From an uncultured Methanosarcinales archaeon (GTDB taxonomy: Archaea > Nanobdellota > Nanobdellia > Woesearchaeales > CAYPCY01): a stretch of 64,000 nucleotides of DNA. The stretch is taken from the NCBI GenBank assembly GCA_964409385.1, contig CAYPCY010000001.1, positions 41,456 through 105,455 of the forward strand, read 5' to 3'. The notes below the pieces were generated by a model. It did no database searches. It was not told where the DNA came from and saw only the letters and a list, made by a program, of their open reading frames with translations. The position numbers were made by a program, and so were the translations under genes. Below are positions 25,285-34,123 of this stretch, one piece after another. Positions within the stretch are counted from its first letter, which is position 1; each line of letters opens with the position of its first letter.

Positions 25285-25932
25285 ATGATAATAAATAAGA
25301 ACATAATGGAAGCATGGAGTACTGCTTTAGAACTAGTTTTGACCGAAGGAGTATCATTTAAGGATTCTGAAGGACGAATTTGTAAAGAAGCTATGAATTT
25401 AACAATCACAGTATTAAACCCTTCAAAGGACATTAGAAAACCAATTGAGGAACTTACTAAACTAAAGAAATGGACTTATCCTGATTTTGAAGAATTAAAG
25501 AATATAATGTTGCAAAAGTCTCAAAGTTCAAGTTATGAATACACTTACGGCCATAGAATTTTTAATTTTAATTTGAAAGATCAAATTCATGATTTTTTAA
25601 AACCACTCTTAACTTCAGACCCTACCAGCAGAAGGGGTTTTGTTAGTTTGTGGGATCCTGAAAAAGACAGTAATATAGAAAATAAGAATATTCCTGGACT
25701 TGTAGGTATTTACTTCAAAAAAAATAAGGGTTTAGACCTTACCGCTTTTATTAGAAGTAATGATATTTTTGTTGGATGGCCAGCAAATATTTACCAATTA
25801 TATTGTATTCAAGAGTATGTTGCTAAACTTTTAGGTTTTAAAATAGGTAAATTAACTACTTTTTCAACTAGTGCACATGTTTTTGAAGATAATATTAATG
25901 ATATAAGAAGGATTATCAACCGAAATCTTTAA
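25285..25932 (+). CDS. Thymidylate synthase (ThyA)-fold paralog lacking the catalytic cysteine
   Basis: TSRRGFVSLWDPEKD (cf. SRRIIVSAWNP.D), IRSNDIFVGWPANIYQLY (cf. QRSCDVFLGLPFNIASYAL) and TSAHVF.DN (cf. GDTHLYSNH). The position of the PPCH nucleophile reads NIPGLVG. Confidence 0.55.
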   Translation: MIINKNIMEAWSTALELVLTEGVSFKDSEGRICKEAMNLTITVLNPSKDIRKPIEELTKLKKWTYPDFEELKNIMLQKSQSSSYEYTYGHRIFNFNLKDQIHDFLKPLLTSDPTSRRGFVSLWDPEKDSNIENKNIPGLVGIYFKKNKGLDLTAFIRSNDIFVGWPANIYQLYCIQEYVAKLLGFKIGKLTTFSTSAHVFEDNINDIRRIINRNL

Positions 25933-25959
25933 ATATACTCAAAAAGGAATTGAAAAATT

Positions 25960-26115
25960 ATGGAAGAATACATTGCTGAAGAAGCCAAGGAATATGAAGA
26001 AAGCACTGAAGAACTAATGGAAGATGATGAAATATCTCCAGAAGAAGAAGCTTTTATGAAAGGATATGACGAAGACGCTAAAAATAGTGAAGATGAGGAT
26101 GAAACAGAAGAGTAA
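25960..26115 (+). CDS. Possible small acidic protein (52 aa, MEEYIAEEAKEYEE...), not in the ORF track
   Basis: Intergenic ORF in the sense orientation to its neighbours. The Ser-rich antisense ORF 25929-26171 is probably spurious. Confidence 0.2.
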   Translation: MEEYIAEEAKEYEESTEELMEDDEISPEEEAFMKGYDEDAKNSEDEDETEE

Positions 26116-26147
26116 ACTTTAAATAGAATATTTCTTCTAAAATAATT

Positions 26148-26444
26148 ATGGAACTCGGTGGCAATATTCAACTGACTGGATTTGACGATTTAGAAACTGC
26201 AGAATTAATTGTAGTGAAAAAGATTGTTGGTAATTATTCCAGGAAATTTTCTGAAATGTGTGAACTGAAAGGATTACATGTTACTTTTAAACCAGTTCAT
26301 AAGACTAAAGGAAGTGAAAAATTTGAAATTCATGCTCAAGTTCAAGATTCTGGCAAGAATTATAACAGTAAATTAACTGATAGGAACTTATTTGTTGTTT
26401 TAGATTCTGTTCTTAAGAATGTTGAAAAACAGATTAAGAAGTAG
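26148..26444 (+). CDS. Ribosome hibernation factor-like protein (HPF/RaiA/YfiA family)
   Basis: 98 aa. NIQLTG, LHVTFK, FEIHAQVQ..GKNY and LFVVLDSVLKNVEKQIKK align to HPF blocks NITG, VYVVLKV, EIHASAEGQDMY and AIDGLIDKLARQLTKHK. Confidence 0.45.
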   Translation: MELGGNIQLTGFDDLETAELIVVKKIVGNYSRKFSEMCELKGLHVTFKPVHKTKGSEKFEIHAQVQDSGKNYNSKLTDRNLFVVLDSVLKNVEKQIKK

Positions 26445-26859
26445 TTTTTTCTTTTGATTCTTTTTTAGGTTTTACTGTTTCTAAACTCTTCGAGTTTTGA
26501 AGCTCAGAATCGTTTTGTGATTCTTTTGTTTTTTTCTTTTCTTTCTTTAAAGGTTCTTTTGATTCTTTCTCTTTAGGTTCTTCTTTCTTTAAGTCTGTCT
26601 TGTCTGTATATTTATGACCTGATAATTCGGCCTTTGCAATTCCATCATCACTAATAACATCTACTTTCACATGATGTGGTGGATTCTTTCCACCTTTACT
26701 CCATAATTCTTCGTTAAGTTTTGGTCCTAGCTTTACTGTTTCAACTTTCATATGTCTTTTTAAGAATTGTTGAAGTCCAGAAACTGCCTTTTTTGTTTTT
26801 TTCCATTTAGAAGTTCTTCTGAAATGTTTTCTTAAAGGAATATTATATGTTCTTTCCAT
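26434..26859 (-). CDS. rpl31e: Ribosomal protein L31e with a Lys/Glu-rich C-terminal extension
   Basis: ERTYNIPLRKHF...KKAVSGLQQFLKRHMK...VKLGPKLNEELWSKGGKNPPHHVKV matches the L31e core. Confidence 0.8.
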   Translation of the reverse strand: MERTYNIPLRKHFRRTSKWKKTKKAVSGLQQFLKRHMKVETVKLGPKLNEELWSKGGKNPPHHVKVDVISDDGIAKAELSGHKYTDKTDLKKEEPKEKESKEPLKKEKKKTKESQNDSELQNSKSLETVKPKKESKEKTTS

Positions 26860-26860
26860 T

Positions 26861-27031
26861 TTACTTGTTTAGTTTGGTTCTTCTCCAACTTCTTTTTACT
26901 GTAGTGTGTCTTCCAGGATGTACTTTTCTTCCCATACCATAAATTTTTTGCACTGTCCAGAAAGGCGCCCATCTAGTCATTCTTCCTGCTTTGATAAGCC
27001 TTAACTTCCTGTTTTTATGGTTTATACTCAT
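26861..27031 (-). CDS. rpl39e: Ribosomal protein L39e (56 aa), absent from the ORF track
   Basis: Manual translation gives MSINHKNRKLRLIKAGRMTRWAPFWTVQKIYGMGRKVHPGRHTTVKRSWRRTKLNK, with the L39e hallmark R(H/S)WRRTKL. Its ATG overlaps the S19e stop (ATGA), and its stop abuts the L31e start. Confidence 0.75.
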   Translation of the reverse strand: MSINHKNRKLRLIKAGRMTRWAPFWTVQKIYGMGRKVHPGRHTTVKRSWRRTKLNK

Positions 27032-27447
27032 TTTTTAGCCTTTGCTGTTTTATTCAAGAATTTTTCTCCTTGTGGTGTTAGAATTCTTCCTTTATGATTT
27101 CCTTTCTTATCCTGTTTTACAAATCCTGCAGTCTCAAGTTGTTGTAATGATTTTCTTATTATATTTCCTGAGGCTTTAAAGAATCTTTCTGGTTTGTATC
27201 CTCTGTTTTTTTTACTTCCATAATCATTTCTTAATTTTGATACTCCTATTGGTCCTTTCTCAGCTACTTTTCTGAATATAGATGCAGTTCTAAAATACCA
27301 CCAGTCATTATCTACTGGAGGAAATTCTTTACTAACTCCTGTTTTTACAAACTTTGCCCAGTCTGGAGCTTTCACTTCCTTGACTGATTTTAGTTCTTTA
27401 GAGAGTTTTTCTACAAGTTCCTGTTTCTTAATATTATATGCTAACAT
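27028..27447 (-). CDS. rps19e: Ribosomal protein S19e
   Basis: PDWAKFVKTG..KEFPP.DNDWWYFRTASIFRKV...GRILTPQGEKFLNK matches S19e. Confidence 0.85.
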   Translation of the reverse strand: MLAYNIKKQELVEKLSKELKSVKEVKAPDWAKFVKTGVSKEFPPVDNDWWYFRTASIFRKVAEKGPIGVSKLRNDYGSKKNRGYKPERFFKASGNIIRKSLQQLETAGFVKQDKKGNHKGRILTPQGEKFLNKTAKAKK

Positions 27448-27485
27448 TTTCGTGTTTAAAAGTACTCTCGTAGAATTCTGATTGG

Positions 27486-27494
27486 TTTATAAAG
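27486..27494 (-). promoter_or_regulatory. TATA box (minus-strand CTTTATAAA) ~39 nt upstream of the S19e ATG
   Basis: Archaeal TATA consensus upstream of the S19e-L39e-L31e operon. Confidence 0.3.
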
Positions 27495-27506
27495 ATTATG
27501 GTGTGA

Positions 27507-28175
27507 CTAATTTGAAGAAAGAATTTTAGCCATACTTGTTGCAAAATTTATGTCATTAACTCTTATTAAATTTTCATAATGTTGATTTTCTGTTAAGAAT
27601 TGTGAATTATATCTTTTTTCAGGCATCATTATTGGAATATTTTCTTTTAATTCTAACATTTTCTCTACCTGTTCTGGCGCATCATCAATTACAAAATTTA
27701 TTTTGGTATTATTTGAGAGGTATTCTTGGATTACGCTTTTTTTATCATTACTAAATATTATTTCATTAAATTTTAGTTTGTTAACATCCATCCACATTAT
27801 TGTTTTTTCCATTGCATTAGTATAGTAATAATCCTCATTATCTTCCTTTCCCCTTGTTGATAATATTATTACTTGGTCAGAATTTCGTTTTGCAACATCT
27901 AATAATTTTTTAGATCCTTTATATGGTTTTATTGTTTGAAAATAATGTTTATCTCCAACTCCTCTTAATAGATTTTTTGCTCCGAACTCATTTAGTTCTG
28001 GAATTTGATTTTTTCCAACTTCTAACAAGTCTGAAAATTTGTAAATATGATTATTTTCTTTTCTTACTTTTAAGTATTTATTATATTCTCCATTGAATTC
28101 TTCCTTTATGAATTTTTCAACTGTTTTTTCTAAAGGATATATTGTTTCGTCAATGTCTATTATTGATATTTTCAT
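27507..28175 (-). CDS. HAD-superfamily hydrolase, 5'(3')-deoxyribonucleotidase-like
   Basis: N-terminal motif I IIDIDETIY (DxDxT). Size and later motifs are HAD-like. Confidence 0.4.
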   Translation of the reverse strand: MKISIIDIDETIYPLEKTVEKFIKEEFNGEYNKYLKVRKENNHIYKFSDLLEVGKNQIPELNEFGAKNLLRGVGDKHYFQTIKPYKGSKKLLDVAKRNSDQVIILSTRGKEDNEDYYYTNAMEKTIMWMDVNKLKFNEIIFSNDKKSVIQEYLSNNTKINFVIDDAPEQVEKMLELKENIPIMMPEKRYNSQFLTENQHYENLIRVNDINFATSMAKILSSN

Positions 28176-28265
28176 TAGAACAAAAAGAAAATTATACTAA
28201 TTAATAAAAGTAGTGCATTTTATAGAGTGAACTTTGCTTTTGGTGAAAACGTTTTGAAACATTAA

Positions 28266-28313
28266 TGTGCTTGACCAAAGGGAAACACATACGGTGTAAA
28301 CGGACGAAGACCG
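28266..28313. other. Conserved GC-rich non-coding motif, copy 2: GTGCTTGACCAAAGGGAAACACATACGGTGTAAACGGACGAAGACCGTT
   Basis: See copy 1 at 8939-8985. It lies directly after the stop of the 28315-29826 gene on the minus strand and upstream of the HAD gene. Confidence 0.5.
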
Positions 28314-28314
28314 T

Positions 28315-29826
28315 TTAGGGGAAGTTCCATACTGGTGGACTATTTTGAATCACTATTTCTACTGTTTGAATTTGTGAAGTGAATAATTCATTTTCTGCCC
28401 ACATTCTTACTTCAACAATATCTTCTTTTTCATAATTATTATTTTCTAGAGTTGTTGTTGTCTCTCCACTGGTTACTTCTATTAATTCTTCATTTAAGAA
28501 TTCTCCATTTACAAACCATTCGAAATGTATAACTCCTGTCAGGTTTCCTTCATCGACATAGGTTATACTTGCTGTTATGTCATCATTTGTTGTTGGTTCT
28601 TCAGGTTGTAGTGTTGCTTCAGTTAGTGTTATTGTTGATGGTTTATCTTGAACTTTTATTAGGATTGTTTTTTCTACTGTGTCTTTGCCGTCTGTCGCTA
28701 GTATTCTAACTTCATAATCTGCTGTGCATCCTTCTTCGTCACATCCTTGTGGATGTGCATCTTCTAGTGTTGTTTGTTTTGTTGATGATTCCATCCATCC
28801 TTCAAAGCTTATTATTATATCGTCTTGATCAGCATCTGTTGCTGTAACATCTATACTTACTAGGTCTCCTTCTATTACTTCAATCTCTTCAGGAGATTCT
28901 ATTACTGGTAGGTTGTTTAGTGCTTTTATTTCTAAATTTATTGTTTTAGTTACTTCTTCCACACCATCATTTGCTGTTATTTTTATTTCGTAAGTTCCTG
29001 CATCTCCAACTTCTGTCTGCCATTCTTCTTCTATTCCTTCTATTGTTATTGTTAGTTCGTCATCGTCCTTATCAGTAACTTCATAATTTAGTGGTATTAA
29101 ATCTCCTTCTGTAGCTTCAAAATCTTCTGCTTCTATTTCTGGAAGTCTATTAACATCCTTAATTAATAGTTTAATTTCATGGGTTGTTTTTTGGAAGTCG
29201 TCTTCTGCTTCTATCATTATAGTATATTCTGCAGTACATCCTTTTTCTTCACATCCTTGTGGGTATGCTTGATTATAGTTTATTTCTTGTTCTTTATTTT
29301 GTGTATATCCTTTTATTGTTGTTGTGAAACTATCATTTTCCTCATCTGTCACTTCATATTCTATATTTAGTGTTTCTCCTTCATTCAGTATTATTTCTGC
29401 TAATGCTTGTATTTCTGGAGCATTGTTTACTGTTAGTATTATTAATTGTATATTTTCTTCTATTGAGAATTCTCCGTCTGATGCTATGACTGTTACTGTG
29501 TAAGTTCCTGCATCTCCAACTTCTGTCTGCCAGGTTCCTTCTTCATCTAACGGTTCTGAAAATTGTAAGTTTAAAGAATCACCATCCGGGTCTGATACTA
29601 TTTCTTTTAGGTTGATTAAGTCTCCTTCTTCAAACTCTATGCTAAATGCTGTTTCTAGTTCTTCTTGTTGTTCTGGAGTTTCTTCAGTTTCAGGTTCTTC
29701 TGATTCTGTTGATACATTAAAATCTTGAGAAAAAACATCTTCTATTGTTGGTAGTAATACTGGTTCTGACTGTTCGCATGCTATTAAAAAAAGACTAAGT
29801 ATTGTTAGTATTATTAAAACCCTCAT
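28315..29826 (-). CDS. Secreted or lipoprotein-like acidic surface protein with repeated cadherin/Ig-like modules
   Basis: Signal plus Cys (LSLFLIAC). Repeated blocks EGDLI.L..EV(S/T)D.D.D.L....E....EEWQTEVGDAGTY..(K/T)ITA.DG, and (H/Y)PQGC(D/E)E(E/K)GCTA(D/E)Y. Confidence 0.5.
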   Translation of the reverse strand: MRVLIILTILSLFLIACEQSEPVLLPTIEDVFSQDFNVSTESEEPETEETPEQQEELETAFSIEFEEGDLINLKEIVSDPDGDSLNLQFSEPLDEEGTWQTEVGDAGTYTVTVIASDGEFSIEENIQLIILTVNNAPEIQALAEIILNEGETLNIEYEVTDEENDSFTTTIKGYTQNKEQEINYNQAYPQGCEEKGCTAEYTIMIEAEDDFQKTTHEIKLLIKDVNRLPEIEAEDFEATEGDLIPLNYEVTDKDDDELTITIEGIEEEWQTEVGDAGTYEIKITANDGVEEVTKTINLEIKALNNLPVIESPEEIEVIEGDLVSIDVTATDADQDDIIISFEGWMESSTKQTTLEDAHPQGCDEEGCTADYEVRILATDGKDTVEKTILIKVQDKPSTITLTEATLQPEEPTTNDDITASITYVDEGNLTGVIHFEWFVNGEFLNEELIEVTSGETTTTLENNNYEKEDIVEVRMWAENELFTSQIQTVEIVIQNSPPVWNFP

Positions 29827-29886
29827 TTAAATCCCTCCAGTGTTATCATTCTTGAGGGAGTAAGAACTATTTAAATTTTGTGGTAG

Positions 29887-30969
29887 TTACGAAAACGTCT
29901 TTTTTACTTTTTCAAAGAATCCTTTTTCTTCTTTTGTGAAGTCTTCGCCTGTTTCTTTTGCGTAGGTTTCTAGAATTTCTCTTTCTTTTCTTGATAGATG
30001 TTCAGGTATTACAACATTTACTCTTACCATTTGGTCTCCTATTGGTGTTCCTTTAACGCCTAAACCTTTCATTCTTAAGAGTGTTTTTGGTTGTGTTCCT
30101 TGTGGTATTTTTAGTTTTTTCTTGTCTTTTAGTGTGGGAACTTTTATTTCGCATCCTAGTGTTGCTTGTACGAAGCTAATGCTTGCATTGTAGTAAATAT
30201 CATTTTCTTCTCTTTCAAATAGGGAATGTTCTTTCACTGTTATGAAAATGTATAAGTCTCCTGGAGTTTCTCCTCTTCCACCTGCTTCTCCTTCTTCTGT
30301 AATTCTTAATTTATATCCTGTATCTACTCCTGCCGGAATTTTTATTTGTAATTTTTTTGATTTATTTATTGATCCTTGTCCTGAACATTCTTCACACAGA
30401 TTCTTTGGTATTTTTCCTAATCCTTCACATGCATCGCATGCTGCTGTTGTTTGAAATATGCCTAATGGTGTTCTTCTTGTTTGCCTTAGTCTTCCTTGAC
30501 CATTACATGTTTGACAAGTTATTTCTTCTTGACTTTCTGCTCCTGTTCCTTCGCATTTTTCACAAACACTTTTTTTTCTTAGTGAGATTGTTTCTTCCGT
30601 TCCGAATGCTGCTTGTTCTAGTGTTATTTCTAGGTCGTATCTTATATCGTATCCTTTCCTAGTTTTTCCTCCGAAGAATGAATTTCCTCCTCCGAAGAAT
30701 GAACTGAATATGTCTTCAAATCCTTGGGCTTGTGAATAGTCAAATCCTTGTGTTTGATCTGCAGTTCCGAATCTGTCGTAGTTTGTTCTTGCTTTTGAAT
30801 CACTTAAGACTTTATGTGCTTCATTTATTTCTTTGAATTTTTCTTCTTTTGCAGAGTCTCCACTATGTAGATCTGGATGGTATTTTTTTGCTAGTTTTTT
30901 GTAGGCTTTCTTTATTTCTTCTGTTGAAGCTTCTTTAGATATGCCTAGTGTTTCGTAATAGTCTTTCAT
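29887..30969 (-). CDS. dnaJ: Chaperone DnaJ
   Basis: J domain (YKKLAKKYHPD), G/F region and four CxxCxGxG zinc-finger repeats. Confidence 0.9.
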   Translation of the reverse strand: MKDYYETLGISKEASTEEIKKAYKKLAKKYHPDLHSGDSAKEEKFKEINEAHKVLSDSKARTNYDRFGTADQTQGFDYSQAQGFEDIFSSFFGGGNSFFGGKTRKGYDIRYDLEITLEQAAFGTEETISLRKKSVCEKCEGTGAESQEEITCQTCNGQGRLRQTRRTPLGIFQTTAACDACEGLGKIPKNLCEECSGQGSINKSKKLQIKIPAGVDTGYKLRITEEGEAGGRGETPGDLYIFITVKEHSLFEREENDIYYNASISFVQATLGCEIKVPTLKDKKKLKIPQGTQPKTLLRMKGLGVKGTPIGDQMVRVNVVIPEHLSRKEREILETYAKETGEDFTKEEKGFFEKVKKTFS

Positions 30970-30994
30970 ATTTTAAAAAAAATAAAAGAAAAAA

Positions 30995-32854
30995 TTATTT
31001 TTTCTTTTCGTCAACTACTTCTGCATCAACTACTTTTTCTTTTTTCTTTTTTCCGTTGGTTGATCCATTGGTTGTTGCTTTACTAGCTTCTGCTTCTGCT
31101 GCTTTCTTGTACATTTCTGTACTTATTTTTTGTGCTAGTTCGTTTATTTTTTCTACTTGTTTCTTTATTTTTTCTATGTCTTTCTTTTCAGGTTCTAGTA
31201 ATTTCTTTAGGGAATCTACTTCTTTTTTTATTCCGTCTAATTCTTTACTTTCTACTTTTCCTTCAAAGTCTTTATAGAGTTGTTCTGTTGAGTAAACAAG
31301 TGATTCTGCTTGATTTAAGACTTCTATATTTTCTTTTCTTGTCTTGTCTGCTTCAGCATGTTTTTCTGCTTCTTTCTTCATTGTTTCTATTTCTTCATCT
31401 TTCAGTTTTTGACTGGATGTTATTTTTATGCTTTGTTCTTTTCCAGTTCCTTTGTCTTTTGCTGAAACATGTACTATTCCATTACTGTCTATGTCGAAAG
31501 TAACTTCTACTTGTGGTATTCCTCTTGGAGCTGGTGGTATTCCTACTAGGTCGAATTGTCCTAGTATTTTATTGTCTTCTGCCATTGCTCTTTCTCCTTG
31601 GAATACTCTTATTGTTACTGCTGGTTGATTATCTGCAGCTGTGGAGAATGTTTGTGATTTTTTTGTTGGAATTGTAGTATTCTTTTCTATTTGTTTTGTG
31701 AATACTCCTCCTAGAGTTTCTATTCCTAGACTTAATGGAGTTACGTCTAATAATAGTACGTCTTTTATATCTCCTGCTAGTACTCCTGCTTGGATTGATG
31801 CTCCTTGAGCTACACATTCCATTGGATCTACTCCTCCTTCTGCTTTCTTTTCAGTAAATTTTTCTAAGAATTTTTTTACTATTGGCATTCTTGTTGGTCC
31901 GCCTACTAGTATTACTTTATCCACTGTTTTTAGTTTTGCATCTTTTAATGCTTGTTCTAGTGGTGCTTTTGTTTTTTCAACTATTGGAGTTACTAGTTCT
32001 TCTAGTTTTGCTCTTGTTAGTTTTAATTCTAAGTTTTTGGGTCCGTCTGCAGTGCTTGTTATGAATGGCAAGTTAATTTCAGTATCTATTACTGTTGATA
32101 ATTCTATTTTTGCCTTTTCTGATGCTTCGTTTATTCTTTGCATTGCTGTTGGATCATTTGTTAAATCTACTTTTTCTTTTTTCTTGAATTCTTCAACTAC
32201 ATGTTTCACTATTGTTTCGTCCATGTCTCTTCCGCCTAGTTTTGTGTCTCCTGAGGTTGATTTTACTTCGAATACTCCGTCTCCGAAGTCCATTATTGTA
32301 ACATCTAGTGTTCCTCCTCCTAGGTCGAAAACTAGTATTTTTTGGTCTTGTTCTTTTTTGTCTAGACCGTATGCTAGTGATGCTGCTGTTGGTTCATTAA
32401 TTATTCTTATTACTTCTAATCCTGCTATTGTTCCTGCATCTTTTGTTGCTTGTCTTTGGTTATCGTCAAAGTATGCTGGTACTGTGATTACTGCTTTTTC
32501 TACTTTGTCTCCTAGGTATTCTTCAGCGTCTTTCTTTATTTTTTGTAGTATGAATGCTGAGATTTGTTGTGGGGTGTATTCTTTATTATTAATCTTGTAT
32601 TTGTGTTTACTGCCTATTTTTCTTTTTGCTCCTTCTATTGTATTTTCTGGATTGCTTACTGCTTGTCTTCTTGCGGGTTCTCCTACTAGCATTTCTTCTT
32701 TTTTTGTGAATGCTACTATGCTTGGGAATGCTTTTCCGTATAGGCTTGCTCCTTCGCTGCTTGGTATCATCTTTGGTCTTCCAGCTTCTAGTACTGATGC
32801 TGCTGAGTTACTTGTTCCTAAATCTATTCCAATTATTTTAGTCATTTTTATCAC
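30995..32854 (-). CDS. dnaK: Chaperone DnaK (Hsp70)
   Basis: [29 protein letters not shown] and other Hsp70 signatures. 619 aa. Confidence 0.95.
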   Translation of the reverse strand: MIKMTKIIGIDLGTSNSAASVLEAGRPKMIPSSEGASLYGKAFPSIVAFTKKEEMLVGEPARRQAVSNPENTIEGAKRKIGSKHKYKINNKEYTPQQISAFILQKIKKDAEEYLGDKVEKAVITVPAYFDDNQRQATKDAGTIAGLEVIRIINEPTAASLAYGLDKKEQDQKILVFDLGGGTLDVTIMDFGDGVFEVKSTSGDTKLGGRDMDETIVKHVVEEFKKKEKVDLTNDPTAMQRINEASEKAKIELSTVIDTEINLPFITSTADGPKNLELKLTRAKLEELVTPIVEKTKAPLEQALKDAKLKTVDKVILVGGPTRMPIVKKFLEKFTEKKAEGGVDPMECVAQGASIQAGVLAGDIKDVLLLDVTPLSLGIETLGGVFTKQIEKNTTIPTKKSQTFSTAADNQPAVTIRVFQGERAMAEDNKILGQFDLVGIPPAPRGIPQVEVTFDIDSNGIVHVSAKDKGTGKEQSIKITSSQKLKDEEIETMKKEAEKHAEADKTRKENIEVLNQAESLVYSTEQLYKDFEGKVESKELDGIKKEVDSLKKLLEPEKKDIEKIKKQVEKINELAQKISTEMYKKAAEAEASKATTNGSTNGKKKKEKVVDAEVVDEKKK

Positions 32855-33155
32855 CTAATGCTTTTGTTCTTATTGCTTCTACTTTTTCTTCAATGATTAG
32901 TGTTCTATTTTCTCCCATTAGTTTTTTGTGGGAGTTTATTTCTACTATTTCAAAGAATTTTTTTAGTTTTGCCATGTTTATGTTGTCGTAGTCTTTTATT
33001 GAGGATAGTGCTTCGTAAATTTCTTGGTCTGTTGTTAGTAGGTTGTATTTTGATGGTTCGTATATTATTAGATTGTTTAGTTCTTGATCGTCTGTCATTA
33101 GAAATCTTAGTATTGTGTGTGCTGGTAAATATTTCTTTTTTAGTTCAATATTCAT
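32838..33155 (-). CDS. Hypothetical 105-aa protein inserted between grpE and dnaK, translationally coupled to both
   Basis: Its ATG overlaps the grpE stop (ATGA), and its 3' end overlaps the dnaK start by 17 nt. Confidence 0.35.
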   Translation of the reverse strand: MNIELKKKYLPAHTILRFLMTDDQELNNLIIYEPSKYNLLTTDQEIYEALSSIKDYDNINMAKLKKFFEIVEINSHKKLMGENRTLIIEEKVEAIRTKALGDKND

Positions 33156-33601
33156 TTTCCGCCTCTTGATATTTTTACTTTTGTGTGTCGTATTATTTTG
33201 TTTTTGAATTTGTATCCTTTTTGTAGTTCTTCTAATATTGTGTCTTGTTCTTCTTTTGATTCTTCTGTTAGTAGTGCTTCGTGAATGTGTGGGTTGAATT
33301 CTCCGTTTATTTTTATTTTTTGTAGTCCTTCTTTTTCTAGTGTTTGTAGTATTTGTTTTTCTATTAGTTGTATTCCTTCTTTGAATTGTTCTGGGTTTTT
33401 TGTGTTTTTCATTGCTTGTTCGAATGAATCTAGAATTGGTAGTAAATTTTTTGTTAGTTCCGCTGAGGCGTATTCGATACTTTCTTTTTGTTGTATTTCT
33501 TTTCTTTTTTTGTAGTTTTCAAAGTCTGCCTTAGCTAATTTTAAGGATTCTAACAATTGTTGATTTTCTTTTTCTAACGTTTTTATTGTATTTTTTTTCA
33601 T
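33152..33601 (-). CDS. grpE: Nucleotide exchange factor GrpE
   Basis: ADFENYKKR, LLPILDSFE, NPHIHEAL and ELQKGYKFKNKIIRHTKVKI match GrpE blocks. Confidence 0.8.
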   Translation of the reverse strand: MKKNTIKTLEKENQQLLESLKLAKADFENYKKRKEIQQKESIEYASAELTKNLLPILDSFEQAMKNTKNPEQFKEGIQLIEKQILQTLEKEGLQKIKINGEFNPHIHEALLTEESKEEQDTILEELQKGYKFKNKIIRHTKVKISRGGK

Positions 33602-33702
33602 TGTCGTTTCGTTGAGTTTAAATCAACAGAGTTGAAATAATGTTGACTTATTTATAAAGTTTATGGAAAGTTTTTTAAATTATATTGCTTATTTTAATTT
33701 TC

Positions 33703-34101
33703 ATGATAAGGAATTTCCACAGGATTACAATAATAAAAAACAGAAAACCTCCTAAGCATCTAAATGAGGAAATTAAATGGTTGGCTAGTTCTCTAGGACT
33801 AATCAACCAAAGAGATAAAGACAGGAGCTGTTTTAGAATATTCGTAGTATTACTACAAAACAAGGATGAAGGCCTTTCCAGTGATGAAATAGCTTACAAG
33901 CTAGAATTAAGCAGGGGAACAGTAGTTCACCATCTAGAAAAGATTATAGAAACAGGAATTGTAATTCCAGAACATAATAAATACATCTTAAGAAGTTCTA
34001 ATTTGAATCATACAGTTGAAGAAATCCAAAGAGATATTGAAAATACTTGGAAAAATATTAGAGAAACAGCTTCTAAAATTGATAAAAAGTTAGGGTTATA
34101 A
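33703..34101 (+). CDS. Winged-helix transcriptional regulator (ArsR/TrmB-like)
   Basis: LSSDEIAYKLELSRGTVVHHLEKIIETGIV is an HTH. TATA TTTATAAAG at 33651-33659. Confidence 0.45.
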   Translation: MIRNFHRITIIKNRKPPKHLNEEIKWLASSLGLINQRDKDRSCFRIFVVLLQNKDEGLSSDEIAYKLELSRGTVVHHLEKIIETGIVIPEHNKYILRSSNLNHTVEEIQRDIENTWKNIRETASKIDKKLGL

Positions 34102-34123
34102 ATTACTAGTTGTTTCTAACCCC

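Noticed and set aside
25929-26171. 80-aa Ser-rich minus-strand ORF
   Set aside because: It is antisense to a more plausible small acidic plus-strand ORF (25960-26115). Its poly-Ser composition arises from the GAA/GAG-rich sense strand.
29835-29863. Hairpin TCCCTC…GAGGGA downstream of dnaJ, considered as a terminator
   Set aside because: There is no U-tract, and the GGAGGG arm doubles as a Shine-Dalgarno-like element 6 nt before the ATG of the 28315-29826 gene. It is more likely a translation-initiation context than a terminator.
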